DNA of 64,000 bases from Podarcis gaigeae (lineage: Eukaryota): the NCBI GenBank assembly GCA_964106915.2, contig OZ066929.1; one strand, given 5' to 3'. The position numbers and the translations under genes were made by a program. Of the stretch, positions 11,028 to 23,721 are shown piece by piece. How positions within the stretch are numbered: position 1 is the first letter of the stretch; every line of letters starts with the position of its first letter. The notes below the pieces were generated by a model that was not told where the DNA came from, did not search any database, and was given only the letters and a program-made list of their open reading frames with translations.

Positions 11028-11285
11028 CAGTGGTCCCTTGGGTTAAGAACTTAATTCGTTCTGGAGGTCTGTTCTTAACCTGAAACTGTTCTTAACCTGA
11101 GGTACCACTTTAGCTAATGGGGCCTCCTGCTGCTGCTGCATTGCCAGAGCATGATTTCTGTTCTCATCCTGAAGCAATCTTCTTAACCCAAGGTACTATT
11201 TCTGGGTTAGCGCGGTCTGTAACCTGAAGCGTCTGTAACCTGAAGTGTCTGTAACCTGAAGCGTCTGTAACCCGACATACCACTG
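11028..11285. mobile_element. pogo/Tigger-like MITE, inverted relative to the 7450 copy
   Basis: TA|CAGTGGT...TACCACTG|TA; (TGTAACCTGAAG) repeats. Confidence 0.9.
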
Positions 11286-11841
11286 TATTGCTTCTTTGGT
11301 ATTTCTGCCCAGGTGTGCACAGCAATGCCCACAAATGATTCTGCTGCAGAAAAAATATTGGGGTGGAGGCTGAGCCAACAGGGAAGAATCAGCAGAAGCA
11401 TCTGGATCCCTGGAAGCCTCATGGCAGAGTTCTGATGGTGCCCCTTTGATGTTGGCATCCAGGCAGACTTCCATCAGCTTGATCTCCCAGGCAGAGCTGA
11501 GTCTGTTGTGACAGGAAACAAGGTTGAAAGGGAGCAAGACCCCCTCGAGGCAGAGCGGCCAGGCCGTCCCCTGGCACTCCTCATCCCACCGAAAACTGCT
11601 TTGCTCTACATCTGAGCACAGTCCAAAGTGCCCGAGAACAGCCTTTCTGATGTTTTCTCTCTCCCTCACCCTCCTTTTCACACAAACATGCACATATCCC
11701 CCAGAGCTGGCAGAGAGCCCGGCTGGTGCAAGTTTGGGTTCTTGTCTTGCACATCAAGGTGTAAAAACGAGTTAGTCCACCAGCCTCTTCTGTTTGGAAT
11801 TGCCTGTCATAAGATGGGGGTGCCTTGCTGGGAAGTCTCAG

Positions 11842-11961
11842 CTCTTAATCTTAGGGTTGTGGATTCAAGCCCCACGTTAGGCAAAAGATTCCTGCACTGC
11901 AAGGGGTTGGACTAGATAACCCTCGTGATCCCTTTCAACTATACAGTTCTATGATTCTATG
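11842..11961 (+). mobile_element. 5'-truncated tRNA-Lys(CTT)-derived SINE with CR1-type tail
   Basis: CTCTTAATCTTAGGGTTGTGGATTCAAGCCCCACGTTAGGC resembles the 3' half of tRNA-Lys; ends GGTTGGACTAGAT...TTCTATGATTCTATG. Confidence 0.85.
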
Positions 11962-12487
11962 GGATTATTCTGGGAGGAAGAGCCTGTGGACTCTTTGTGA
12001 CTAACCTAAAATGTATGAAAATTCTGCCGCCGAATCCTGCAGCCTACAAATACCATAGAAACTTGTTAGCTTTGCAGCATATATTTTGCTTTGGCAAAGG
12101 CCACCTTGCCCACCCCCCGGCTGCCCCTCCCTCTTTTTTTTTTTAGGCAACCTTACCCAGACATGTAATTTAATTCTGTGGATTTGTTTCAAAAACCACT
12201 GGTTTTATTTATATTTTGATAATTTTGTGTCTGCTGCTTTTAATGTCTCCTTCCATTGCTTTCTTAATGAATATTTGATAGCGTTTTATGCAAACTTTGC
12301 TGAAGTTCTTGCAGTAAATAAACCTTGCTAAATAAATAAATATCAATCAATAAATATTTCTCCTGTAAATGCCCTTTTTTTTATCTTGTTTCCCCTCAAA
12401 CTGGGTGCTGGGACTGGAAGTAACTCCAGCTAGTGAAAAGGCAGACCTAGGAGGTGGGGGGGCATAAACACTCTTCCCTCCTATTTA

Positions 12488-13052
12488 CATAAGAAGAGTG
12501 TCCTGGATCAGGCCAGTGGCTCATCTAGTCCAGCATCCTGTTCTCACAGTGGCCAAACAGATGTCTTTGGGATTCTAGCCCAAGAGCGTTCTCCCCTCCT
12601 GTTGATTCTAGCAACTGGTATATGGGTGGAGCCAGGATTTATGGGGGGGGGGGCAGAACACCCACCTGCCACCATCCTCTCTTTGGCTCCACCTAACAGA
12701 TTTGGAACAAAATGTCTCAGCAACGGTTGTTTTAAATTACTTTCTTTTGACCCTAAGCGCTCCGAAAATTCTGTCGAAACATTTCTACAGTTTCTAGTTA
12801 AGTATTTTTTTTATTTATTTACTTGATTTAGTGGGTGGGGGAAGCTGCCTCCCCCCTTGCCCCCCGCCATCTGCCTGGCTATGCACATCATGACTGGTAT
12901 TCAGAAACTTTACTGGCTCTGAGTACGGAGGCTCAGGATAGCCATTGTGGCTGGTAGCTGCCGGTAGCTTTCTCCATGAATTAGGGCAATGCTCTTTTAA
13001 AGCCATCCAGGTCAGTAGCCATCACTGCCTGCTGTAGAAGTGAGTTCCATAG
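12488..13052 (-). mobile_element. CR1 3' end, interrupted by a MITE
   Basis: CATAAGAAGAG...GGATCAGGCCAGTGG...; resumes at 12893 through CTTTTAAAGCCATCCAGG. Confidence 0.8.
12622..12892. mobile_element. hAT-type MITE
   Basis: ATGGGTGGAGCCAGG...CCTGGCTATGC termini; duplication ACTGGTAT at 12614-12621 and 12893-12900. Confidence 0.75.
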
Positions 13053-13058
13053 TTCTTT

Positions 13059-13100
<42 letters not shown>
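13059..13100. repeat. (CAA)n microsatellite
   Basis: Direct observation. Confidence 0.97.
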
Positions 13101-13101
<1 letters not shown>

Positions 13102-13417
13102 CATTTATTCAAAAGTTACAGGGGCTGCTTAAGGCCATTTGCCTCTTAGCTCTCTGCTCTTCTACTTTCACTGCTGGCTGGGTTCTGGGAGAAGGGGGGG
13201 GGTCTGGAATGCTTTCTAGTGATAATGTGTCAGCCAGCTGTTCTGGCTCTGCTTCCCTCTTCCTCATCTCCCATTATCTCCCAACTCTGCCCCTCTTCTG
13301 TCTCAGAGCTGCGACCTTCTGCAAACCACTGTTGTACATCTATACTTCCTTCTTCTTCTCTGGAAGGTTGAGGAGGAGGGGGAGGTGGTCTCCATCATTC
13401 CTCTTCAGTCCCTGACA
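13101..13417 (-). mobile_element. Gypsy-like LTR remnant with decayed internal reading frame; left end uncertain
   Basis: Right end CCTGACA (TGTCAGG on minus); minus-strand AATAAA at 13104-13109; no TSD found. Confidence 0.55.
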
Positions 13418-14204
13418 CTCACTATTATTTAACTAGGCATTTAACTGTGCTAGCCACCCCATACCTTTGTGTTTATAAATGTGAATTTGGGTTTGGGTTA
13501 GAATACAAGCATGTTGGGATCCCATCTCATCCCATCCTCTTTCTCTTTTCCCAACAGATTCTTAAGTGGTGGCCTCAGAAGACTGTGTTCAGGATAGAAC
13601 TAGACAGACCTCTATGTCCTTGGGGGTTGGGCAGCCTGGGCTTTTAAATCTCTTTTGTGCCAATGCAGATGCATTTTGTTGTGCCCCACCCTCCGCTGAA
13701 GTGTATAAAGAGAAGGTTATACAGGATGGCTTCCAGGAAGAAATCCCGAGCAGGAACAAAGCCTTCCCAGCAGCATGGCAGGCTCTGACTTCTGAAAGTC
13801 ATATCCAGGCTCAGCCTGATGCTCTGGGCAACAATCAAAGAGCTTTGCCACTTGGCAATCACCATGGAAACATTGCTTTGTTACCAGGAATGGGGGATCA
13901 AACGGAACAAAAGCAGAAGACAAAACATTCCTTGAGCTGCGGAGGAATGAGAAGGCCAGGCGGTTTCTGTTTCCTTGACCACCATCACCCCTTTCTCTGC
14001 TTCTCCAGTGGTTTATTTTTCTAAACTCATAAAATATATTAAATCCTGCCACCCCACCCTCTACTACAAGAAAGGAATGATGGACAGCTACAAAACAGCC
14101 CACTGCTAGGATTCTGTAATCTGGCACCCGGCAGCAACCCACAGCAACAGGGCTGCGCTTGCTGTTGTACCAGCAACACTGTGCCATTGCCAGGACTTGA
14201 GATG

Positions 14205-14400
14205 TGTCAGCTATACTCTGCAGTCTTAAGACCACATATGGAGTTCTGTGTACCGTTCTGGGGGTCCACACAGCTCAAGTAAGAGGTTGCAAATTGGAAA
14301 CGATTCAGAGGGGAGCTCAGCAGATGAGGAGTCAAGAGGGCAACTTGTATATAAGGAAGGGCTTAAGGAAATGGGGTACGTTTAGCCTAGAGGGAAGACA
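14205..14400 (+). mobile_element. Old CR1 ORF2 fragment
   Basis: LYSAVLRPHMEFCVPFWG...KLETIQRGA...LRKWGTFSLEGR resembles CR1 LYSALVRPHLEYCVQFW...LFSLEKRR. Confidence 0.75.
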
Positions 14401-14559
14401 GTAGCAGCTAGAATCCTCTGAACCAGGTTTGCTCAGAAATCCCATAAATTCCAACTGGGCCAACTTCCAAGATCGTGTGTTTAGGATTGCAGCCTCAGGG
14501 AGATATGCTGGCTCTTTTAAATATATATTTCCAAACAGATGGTTGCAGAAAAGGCAAGG

Positions 14560-15195
14560 GGGATCATCATTCACTCTATCTACAGCCCCTTTTGGATGGA
14601 AATGACTTGACCACTGTACTCCATGCTTTGGTAACTCCCAGACTGGATTATTGCAATGCGCTCTCCATGGTGCTGCCCCTGAAGATGACCTGGAAACTTC
14701 AGCTGCTCTGAAATGCAGCAACCAGATTGCTGGGTGGGGCTCCATTTAGAACTCATAAAATCCCTATATTAAAATAGCTGCATTGGTTGTCAGTTTATTT
14801 CTGGGTGTTTTTTTTGTTTTTTTTTTAAGGTGCTCCTGCTAGTGTTTAAAACTCTAAATGACTTAGGCCCCAGATATGTTTTCCTTCCCTACAGACCCTC
14901 TTAGGTGTTAAGATTGGCAGAGGGAGCTCTGTTGGTTTTTCCACCACATTCAGAAGCTCAGAGAGGGTGGTCCGGGGAAGGGTCTTCTCTGTCGCAGCCC
15001 CTAAGTGGTGGAATTCCTTCCCCATAGAGGTGCATCTGGCAACTTCACTATGCAAATTTCACTTGCATGCTGAAGATGCACCTGTTTACTGGGGCCTTTG
15101 ACACTTGAAGTATTTATTTTGACTATCTTTTGATTGTAATTAGCTTTAAAACTCTCTTTAATGTTGTGACCTTAGGGTTAAGGGCAGGTAATAGA
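14560..15195 (+). mobile_element. L2 LINE 3' fragment
   Basis: LQPLLDGNDLTTVLHALVTPRLDYCNALSMVLPLKMTWKLQLL; later FSVAAPKWWNSFP motif. Confidence 0.85.
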
Positions 15196-16723
15196 TCAAA
15201 ATCATCACCATTATTTCCATATCTACTTTGAATAGTGGAGGAACCAGTCGTTTTAAACACCCAAGGAAGTGAGTGCCTATGATCAGATAATGCATAAGGT
15301 TTGGAAGAGGAATATTGAGCTTGTGTGTGGTGAGAGGGTACAGCTTTGCATCTCTCCTTGAAGATCCTCTTCCATTATCACTGTGAAAGGAAATGAACTG
15401 TCATGGGGTAATCTGTGTGGTGCTTTTCTGAACTTGTTGGACTACAACTCCTTTGAGCCTTAGCCCACATAGCTAATTGCCAATGATATTGGGAGTTGGA
15501 GTTCAGTAACCTCTGGAGGGTATCCTGTTGGCTTTCTGCTATAGTTCTGGTGGTGATGCAGAGCAGATGTGGACCTGAAATCTGCCCCAACAACCCCCTG
15601 TGATCTCCTCTGAACACTCAAGAGGGCAAGAAGGAAATAAAAAGAAGCTCTGAGAGAAATCTGTTGTGGGTCCATTTAGGCAAAGGACACACCCTGTTGG
15701 GAAACAGTGTTGGGTGACAGTACCAGCTGGTTTTGAGATGAATGGGGCCTGGTCACAAACTGGATTCACAAATCCCCAGATTTGCCACACACAAGGAGGT
15801 GGGAAGCCAAGGCAGGAGAGCCCTGTGAGTAGCTCCCCCTCACGTCCAGCCGCCCAACCTCCCATCTACTGCTTTCTAATTAGCAGAGGTTACTTCATCC
15901 ACTCGGTTCATTGGCCCCCTTTAGCCTGGCATCTCTGCCTTTGGCATGTGCCAGACCTTCAGAGGAAGAATCCAAGCCGTTGCCCTTTTCCAAGAGGCCT
16001 GCTGTGCTGTGTCATGATGAGAGGGTTCAAGGCTTGCGCGTCCTTGCTAACCCCCTGCCGATGATCTGGTAGTTTTGCTCCAAAGCATGAAATTTGATTA
16101 CCGTTTCCACAGACTCACCAGCATCTGTTATGTCACAGTTGCTAATAAGACGATGGATTTAAAGCTCGCAGAGACAAACAGACGTCCGTTCCACTTCTGC
16201 CAAGGGGCTTGGGATGAGGCCCAGAAATGAACTCCAGGACAGTTTGATCCTCCAGCTGTAGGAGCCGAGCTCTCTGCATTGATGAAGAGGACTGTCTTTT
16301 TGTTATGGCACCCTCCCCTTTTCACCTGAGTGATAGGAAAATGACCATATCAGGTTACACTTCCAAACCTTTGGACATTTCATAGTAGTAACTGGTGGAC
16401 CGAGCTGTCCTTGCAGCTCTGGGTGGGGAACAAAGAAGTCCAGCAGAGAGTCTCTGCCACACGGGACCCATAGGAATGCTTCCCGCCCCCCAGCTGAGCA
16501 GCTGAATGATGCCCTGATATCCCTTCGGCTCATGTGAGCGGAATCGGGGCTTTGTAGAGTTGGACAATGTATCTTGGCTGCTTCTTCCTCCCCTAAGGTG
16601 TGGAGGAAGAAGCAGCTGAGATGCATTCCAGAATCAGAGGTCATGATATATCAGTACATCATGGTATTTAGCTGCTGATATATCACAATTTTGAAAACCA
16701 GATATTGCTCGGCCTTATACTGC

Positions 16724-17074
16724 AGGATGTGGGTGGCGCTGTGGGTTAAACCAAAGAGCCTAGCACTTGCCGATTGGAAGGTCGGTGGTTCGAATCCCCA
16801 CAATGGGGTGAGCTCCCGTTGCTTGGTCCCTGCTCCTGCCAACCTAGCAGTTCGAAAGCATGTCAAAGTGCAAGTAGATAAATAGGTATTGCTCCAGCGG
16901 GAAAGTAAATGGCGTTTCCATGCACTGCTCTGGCTTGCCAGAAGCGGCTTAGTCATGCTGGCCACATGACCCGGAAGCTGTACGCCGGCTCCCTTGGCCT
17001 ATAAAGCGAGATGAGCGCTGCAACCCCAGAGTCAGCCACGACTGGACCTAATGGTTAGTGGTCCCTTTACCTTT
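16724..17074 (+). mobile_element. Sauria SINE
   Basis: Full head, GGTTCGAATCC B-box, GTCCCTTTACCTTT tail. Confidence 0.95.
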
Positions 17075-17894
17075 TTATATGGTGTGAACACAGCAATCAT
17101 GGTTAGTAGCTACTGATGACTGCATCCTTCATGAATCTGTCTCACACTCTTTTAAAACAATATATAGAGTTGGTAGCCATATATTGTGCAAGCAACTTCT
17201 GTAGTTTAACTGTGCAACTTGTTCCCACAAGATGTGTTCTTGCAAATATTTACTGTCCAGGTTGTGAAATTCACATACAGAAACACAGGCCTGGACGAGA
17301 TCTGGAGGTTGAGCCCTGAGCCTTGTTGCTGCCATCTATCTCTCCAAGCTGTTCAGAATGCTTCTCCTAAACTCTCTGCCTTGAAAACACTCTATTGATG
17401 CCCTGTCAAAGTAACTCAGTTCCAGGGATTGTGTATGGCTTCTGACTGAGCATTGATGCAGACTATTAAGGACCCAGCCTCCTTGTACGTCTCCAGCATC
17501 CCTGCGTCAATGTCAGTGCCGCTTCTCCCTCATTTATATCCTTGTACGTGGTTTGTAGGGAGCTGGAAGCCAGGTTCCTGCAGGAGGGAGGGAGGGAGGG
17601 AGGGAGGATGGCCAGCACGGCTTCCCGGCCGGCAAGTGTTGCTGCATGAAATTACATCATCACGTTTCGGTGGTGGATGCGTTGATGCCAAGCAAACCTT
17701 TCAATCCATTCATCAAAGAGGAAAAAGGTCCTGCTTCAAGGCAGAAAGCTGTTTTTGTTTTTCTCGTTTTAAATGCACAGAGCTGGACAACAGCCAAGAA
17801 GTTTTAACTAAATCAGGGACACAGTAGAGAATGTCAGTCTCAGCAGCTGTGTTAGCCCCACAGAGCAGAGAAACAGCGAGTAAACGAGAGAATC

Positions 17895-17898
<4 letters not shown>

Positions 17899-17941
<43 letters not shown>

Positions 17942-18141
17942 TTATACCCCACCCGGCTCTAGGCGGCTTCCAACAAAAATAAAATACAGTAGTCCATCAA
18001 ACATTAAAAGCTTCCCTAAACAGGGCTGCCTTCAGATGTCTTCTAAAAGTCTGTTGGTTGTTGTTCTCTTTGACATCTGGTGGGCGGGCGTTCTACAGGG
18101 CGGGTGCCACTACCGAGAAGGCCCTCTCCCTGGTTCCCTGT
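17899..18141 (-). mobile_element. Young L2 3' end with (TTA)n tail
   Basis: (TAA)n 17899-17940, then the reverse of the RAFSVVAPAL..FRRHLKAALFRE coding sequence. Confidence 0.9.
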
Positions 18142-18343
18142 CAAGAGTGGCAAGAAGTTTCCAGGAGTGCAGTGCCCATCCAGGTCTCGGTCTCCTTTGG
18201 AAGGAGGTCATAGGAGGGTTTGGACTTTTTCATAAAATTTTCATTTGGTCACAGATATACAAGATGAGCAGAAGTACATCTTCATGCAGCGCATAGTTCA
18301 ACTATGGAACACATGCTCACAGGACCCAGTGATTGCTACCAAC

Positions 18344-18610
18344 TAGGGTTGCCACCTTTGTTCTGGCAAAATGCAGGATAGGGTGAGGCAGGGTGGGTGA
18401 TTTTTATCCTCATCAAGTGCTGGAGTGACTTCAAAGAAATCCATTACAGGTGATTTCAGCCTAATAGGATGGCCCTCTGGAATTTGTCACATACATACAT
18501 GCATAAACACCTGTATTTGTAAATTCGTCTGTGCTTTGCTATCCAGAGCTTAAATTCATGACCTTTCACACACCCTTCCAAACACATGCATTTAGAGAGG
18601 ATTCCTAACT

Positions 18611-18666
<56 letters not shown>

Positions 18667-18746
18667 AAACTGTATCAATACAGGATGTAGCATTTTACCC
18701 TGGAATACAGGACAATTCTGTACTATACAGGACAGGTGGCAACCTA
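18344..18746. mobile_element. hAT (Ac/Blackjack-like) MITE inserted in a CR1 fragment
   Basis: TAGGGTTGCCACC...GGTGGCAACCTA; CTACCAAC at 18336-18343 and 18744-18751. Confidence 0.8.
18614..18661. repeat. (GA)n microsatellite
   Basis: Direct observation. Confidence 0.97.
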
Positions 18747-19574
18747 CCAACCTAGATGGCTTTTAAAAAGGCTTTGGTTTCCTTAGGATGAAGGTCAGTG
18801 GAGACTAAGATGTCTTTAGGATATATTATTATTTTATATACCTATACAGTGCAACCTGAGCATAGGAAAGAGGGGTCACAGCATTAACACCACCATAGCT
18901 CTTGCTTCCTCTTTAGGTTTCCAGAAGCACTCCCCAAATCCAGCTGAGGCTCACCACAGAGCAAAATGTATCTCTCTTCTGTCTTCGGCCCTGAGTCTGT
19001 TTTTCACAGCCTTTTCACACACATCTCTGTCTGTTGTTCTCCTACATAGCAGCTAGGTGAGGGGATGGGGGAAAAGGCCCAACCATTTGTTCTATGCAGC
19101 TTCTTTAGTTATGCTAATTGTGGTACTTAACTAGCCAGCCAAAGCCCTGACCTTGACAGAGGAACTGGTTTGGCAAGCTTGCTCTTAGACATCCTGCACC
19201 ACACAGACAGGATCACAGGTGTGGAAGGCGCACAGGATATCATCCAAACTGACCCCCCCACCTCCCAAACTCATGACACCATATTCCAGCTGGTCTCTAC
19301 TTGACTGTGTCTGCTGCCTTTCAGAATCCAGAAGCAGGCAGTAAATGCAGGCACTCTGTTAATTAGACTATCAATTATGCCTTGATGTAAAGATTGTACA
19401 AGGTACAAAGGTCCCTCCGGGGACATATGAGTAATCGTGCTGGGAGCCAGGCCACTAATATTATCATTTTACAGATGGGGAACTGAGGCAGAAAATGTCT
19501 GATTTGCTCAGGGCCACCCAGGATACTCAGGCTGGAGAAGAGATTTGGCTTCTCTGGTGGTGTGTGTCTTTTAT

Positions 19575-20042
19575 ATCACCTTGCCAACAAAGGTCCGTAT
19601 AGTTAAAGCTATGGTTTTCCCATTAGTGATGTATGGAAGTGAGAGCTGGACCATAAAGAAGGCTGATCGCTGAAGAATTGATGCTTTTGAATTATGGTGC
19701 TGGAGGAGACTCTTGAGAGTCCCATGGACTGCAAGAATATCAAACCTCTCCATTCTGAAGGAAATCAGCCCTGAGTGCTCACTGGAAGGAGAGATCCTGA
19801 AGCTGAGGCTCCAATACTTTGGCCACCTCATGAGAAGAGAAGACTCCCTGGAAAAAACCCTGATGTTGGGAAAGATGGAGGGCACAAGGAGAAGGGGACG
19901 ACTGAGGAAGAGATGGTTGGACAGTGTTCTTGAAGCTACGAACATGAGTCTGACCAAACTGTGGGAGGCAGTGGAAGACAGGAGTGCCTGGCATGCTCTG
20001 GTCCATGGGGTCAGGTATAGTCGGACATGACTAAACAACAAC
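19575..20042 (+). mobile_element. RTE-BovB LINE, 5'-truncated 3' end
   Basis: ITLPTKVRIVKAMVFPLVMYGSESWTIKKADR*RIDAFELWCWRRLLRVPWTAR...LKLRLQYFGHLMRR...LEKTLMLGK; (CAA)n tail. Confidence 0.96.
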
Positions 20043-22608
20043 GTGTGCTTGACAAGAGCAGCTGAGAGAGGGGGATGTCAGGAAAGGGATGGTGCATTTT
20101 GCAATTGTTTTATAAGGAAAGATACAGAGGATGCCAGCCTGGCCCCCTCCTGCTGCACATGCAAATTCATGAAGTGTTCCATATTTCTGGCCAGATGTTG
20201 CTGACCCTGTGGCGGGGGGTATAAGCGGCAGGAGATGGTCACCTCCACCTCAATCTGTGTGTGAGTTTTCAGGGAAATCTGGTTGTTCTCTGTGGGAGAC
20301 TAAGCGGTGGAGGAGATTGAATCTTATTTATTTATTTCAAAATTGTCTTTCCCCCAACCCCCCAAACAAACCTACCAAAGTAACAACATATGAAACCACC
20401 GCTTCACCAATGGGACACAGCACACACACCCGCCACTGTCTTGAGAAAACCCCTTATTCCCAGTTTTATCTTGTGTTATTCTTGGGTAGATTTACAAAAA
20501 GAAAAACACATACCAATAAATAAATTTTAGAAAGGGGCAAGCTTAGGTGCAGACGCGCAAAGCACTTTATTTAAATAAAATCAATACTTCTTCTGCACCA
20601 TTCTGCTTCACCTTCCTTCTTTCCTAGGGCGGCTCTGCTTTTGGTCTGCCCATCAGAACTGGCACATCATGTGGTGCTGGTCCTCAGCGGTGGCACCTTG
20701 CCCTCTCTCCAGCAACTGCTACAAGCTGCCCAAGGGGGCCGGCTGGTAGCAGCAATGGGATGCTCCTTCACTGCTACCACCGCTGGGGAAAATTGCGTCC
20801 TCCTTGAGCTTGGTGGTGGCAGCATTGGCAGGGGAAATGGGAACATTATGGGATCAAATCAGAAACTGGGATGGCTTTTGCGGGACTTTTTCTGGAAAAC
20901 CAGGACACTTGGAGGGCATATTAACCTGGTGAAGGGTTATTGGTATACTATTTTGCAAGCTATTGGTCTAAATCAGCACCCCGAAGCGTGCCCTGGTCTG
21001 GCCACTGGCCTCTGCTGCTCATCTGACTGGCTCAGAGGCTCATGCAGCGTAGTTGTAGGCCTGTCTCCAGAGATCAAACATGCCACCGCAGTAGTCGGAG
21101 GAGATCAGCAGGTGGTAGCGAAGGCCTCCTGCAGTGCTTAAGTGCAGGCGCTGTTCTGCAATGACAGCTGATGAGATCGAGTGTCTCTTGTCAGCTTCAA
21201 CAGCGACATAAGCCAGTCTTAGGCTGGGTCTGCTGAGAGCCCGGGCTGGATAAAAAGGCCTTTTTTTGAGGGCTTGTTTATCTTGCTGCATTCAGGGGCT
21301 TATGGAAAGATCAGAATCGGGAGGGGGGCTTTTAATAAGTCAATGATTTAAAAGCCTCCTCTGCCTTTGAAGGGACAGTCAGAAGTTTATCTTTCTGGAG
21401 GAAAAACAGCAGCAAATGGGAGGTGCCCGAGGACTAGAGGCCTCCCTGGCTTGGCAATGGGAGGCTAGCCAGCCTGTCGAGATGGACAGCACACACACAG
21501 ACACATCACAACCCCCTCCCTCTTCTCCTTTTGGCTCTGTCTGGATCCTGCGAGCCATTTGGGGAGGCCTTGCTGCCATGTGATTAACTGCCCCTTTCAT
21601 CCCGGTACATCCCTCCCCGCCTTATCAAATGCAATTGTTGTTTCCAATGTGCATCTTCTGGCTGCAACATGACCTTACAGGGAAAGGGACAATGATGAGG
21701 AGTTGGCTGGGAGTTATGAAGTGAGCGGCAGGTTCTGGGGAAATAGACAGTGTCCTCTCCCTGATTGCCTCCCTGCCTTCTCTCTCCAACCCCCCGCCCA
21801 GCCCCTGCCTCCAAGTCTCTCTGTATTATCTCTCCATAAATTGTTTATGAAAGCTTTTGTTGCCTTCTCAAGGTGAGACGGGGCGATCCGGAAGGCAAAT
21901 ATATAAATCTAAGCAGCTCTTGGAGCCCGGAGCAGCAGAGGGGCGGGTGGGAAGCTGGCGCTTAGCGTGCCCCCGTGCATATTTTAGAGGCCCCGCAATC
22001 TCCCCTTGGTATCTCTCTCCTGCCTGATGCACTTTGATGGGAGTTTATATTAACTGGTGTGGCCTGTAAGTCTATTTACAGCAGACGACGCCTTCGGTGT
22101 GTTTGTGCGAGATGCTGCAGCCCGAGATTAGTTAAATTGGAAATAAATTGGTTGTTAAATAAAAAACCTCTCCAGATGTGACAGTGATGAATGAGGGAGG
22201 CAAAGGGGATGGAGAGCGGGCTTTGCCTCCCTTTCGCAGATGCCGAAAAAGAAGAAGAAATAGCAGCCATGGCTTGGCTCTCCCTACAGTCAGGAAAGGA
22301 TCAGTTTCCCTTTTGCTCACAGTTCTGAGATGTCTCTGGTTGGGAGGGAATGCAGAGACCCAAATGGTGTGGAGGGAGGGCAGAGTCCTACCATCCTCTG
22401 GAGTGATGACACGCTAGAGCCTGGTCACTTGCCTGGACTACATGACTCTACAGTGCCCTTGGCACCATGGTCAATTCACCCCAAGCCTTTGAGGTGACAT
22501 GATAGAAGTTTTTTGCTTCCCCTCTGCCCATCTTTTTTTTTTTTTTACAAATGTAAATTGGTTACAATACCAAATACATATCCATAAAATGAGATTTCTC
22601 TGAATCTC

Positions 22609-23110
22609 TTTTTTTTAAAAAAGATATTTATTAACATTTCAAAAGTTATACAGAAAAAACAATTAATAAAAAACAAAACACAAACAAAAAAACAACAACA
22701 TATCAAATATTAAAAAGTACAGAACTAAAAACAATTTAAAAACAAGTAAAATTTCATTCCCTTATTTTCTTATAACTTACTTCCCAGACCTCCTCATACC
22801 TCCCCTTTTTGTATTCCAATTCTAATTATTATTTCAGTAAATCCTCACCCTTAATTTTCATTTAATTTTCAACTTTTCTTTTCTTTTTACTTAATCATTA
22901 CAACTGAAAACCACTTAATTTCTAAACCAACATCATTCTAACATTCATTAATTTTGCAGTATTTCCCAAGATAATCCTTAAATTTCTTCCAATCTTCTTC
23001 CGCCGTCTCTCTTCCCTGGTCTCGGATTCTGCCAGTCATTTCTGCCAGTCCCATATAGTCTATCACCTTCATCTGCCATTCTTCCAAAGTGGGTAGATCT
23101 TGTGTCTTCC
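22609..23110 (-). mobile_element. Young L1-like 3' end
   Basis: KTQDLPTLEEWQMKVIDYMGLAEMTGRIRDQGRETAEEDWKKFKDYLGKYCKINEC*; 18-bp TSD GAGATTTCTCTGAATCTC (22591-22608, 23111-23128). Confidence 0.92.
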
Positions 23111-23721
23111 GAGATTTCTCTGAATCTCAATACTTCCCTCCATGGGTCCTATTGTCAGCATTTCCAACTGCATATTATTTCATAGTCTATGTTTTATACC
23201 CATCTAGATTGTCCATAGTATTTGTTACATTACAAGTGAGATTAGAATCCTGCTAATGTTTTCATCTGCTTACAGTGGTCTCTGAAGTAAATTCTAAACT
23301 CCTCCCATTCTTCCTTGAATTTCTTGTCTTCTTGGTCTGAGTTTCCTGGTCAGTTTTCTCATTTCAGCATAGTCTAACAGCTTAGTTTGCCATTCCTCTC
23401 TGGCAGGGACTCTTTCTTCTTGCCGTCTCTGGGCTAGTAGCATCCGTGCTGCTGTTGTTGCATACATAAAGAGTCTTTTCTGTTCCTTTGGAATATCAGT
23501 ATCTATAATTCCTAATAGAAAGGCTTCTATTAAGGTTCCTATTTTCAGGTTGGTTTTTTTTTACAAAGGTTATTTTAAACATTTTTTTCAATTCATCATA
23601 TATCATTTCCCAGAAAGCCTTTATTGCCTTTCATGACCACCACATATGATAAAAGGTACCTTCTTTTTCTTTACATTTCCAGCAGGTATTTGTACTTGTT
23701 TTATACATTTTTGCTAATTTA

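Noticed and set aside
11842-11885. Functional tRNA-Lys gene
   Set aside because: The 5' half is missing, the B-box is mutated, and it is fused to a CR1 tail, so it is a SINE.
13530-14024. Strong splice acceptor (CTTTCTCTTTTCCCAACAG, ~13557) followed by a 152-aa ORF
   Set aside because: No recognisable protein, no convincing donor, and the ORF starts at GTG. It cannot be supported without RNA data.
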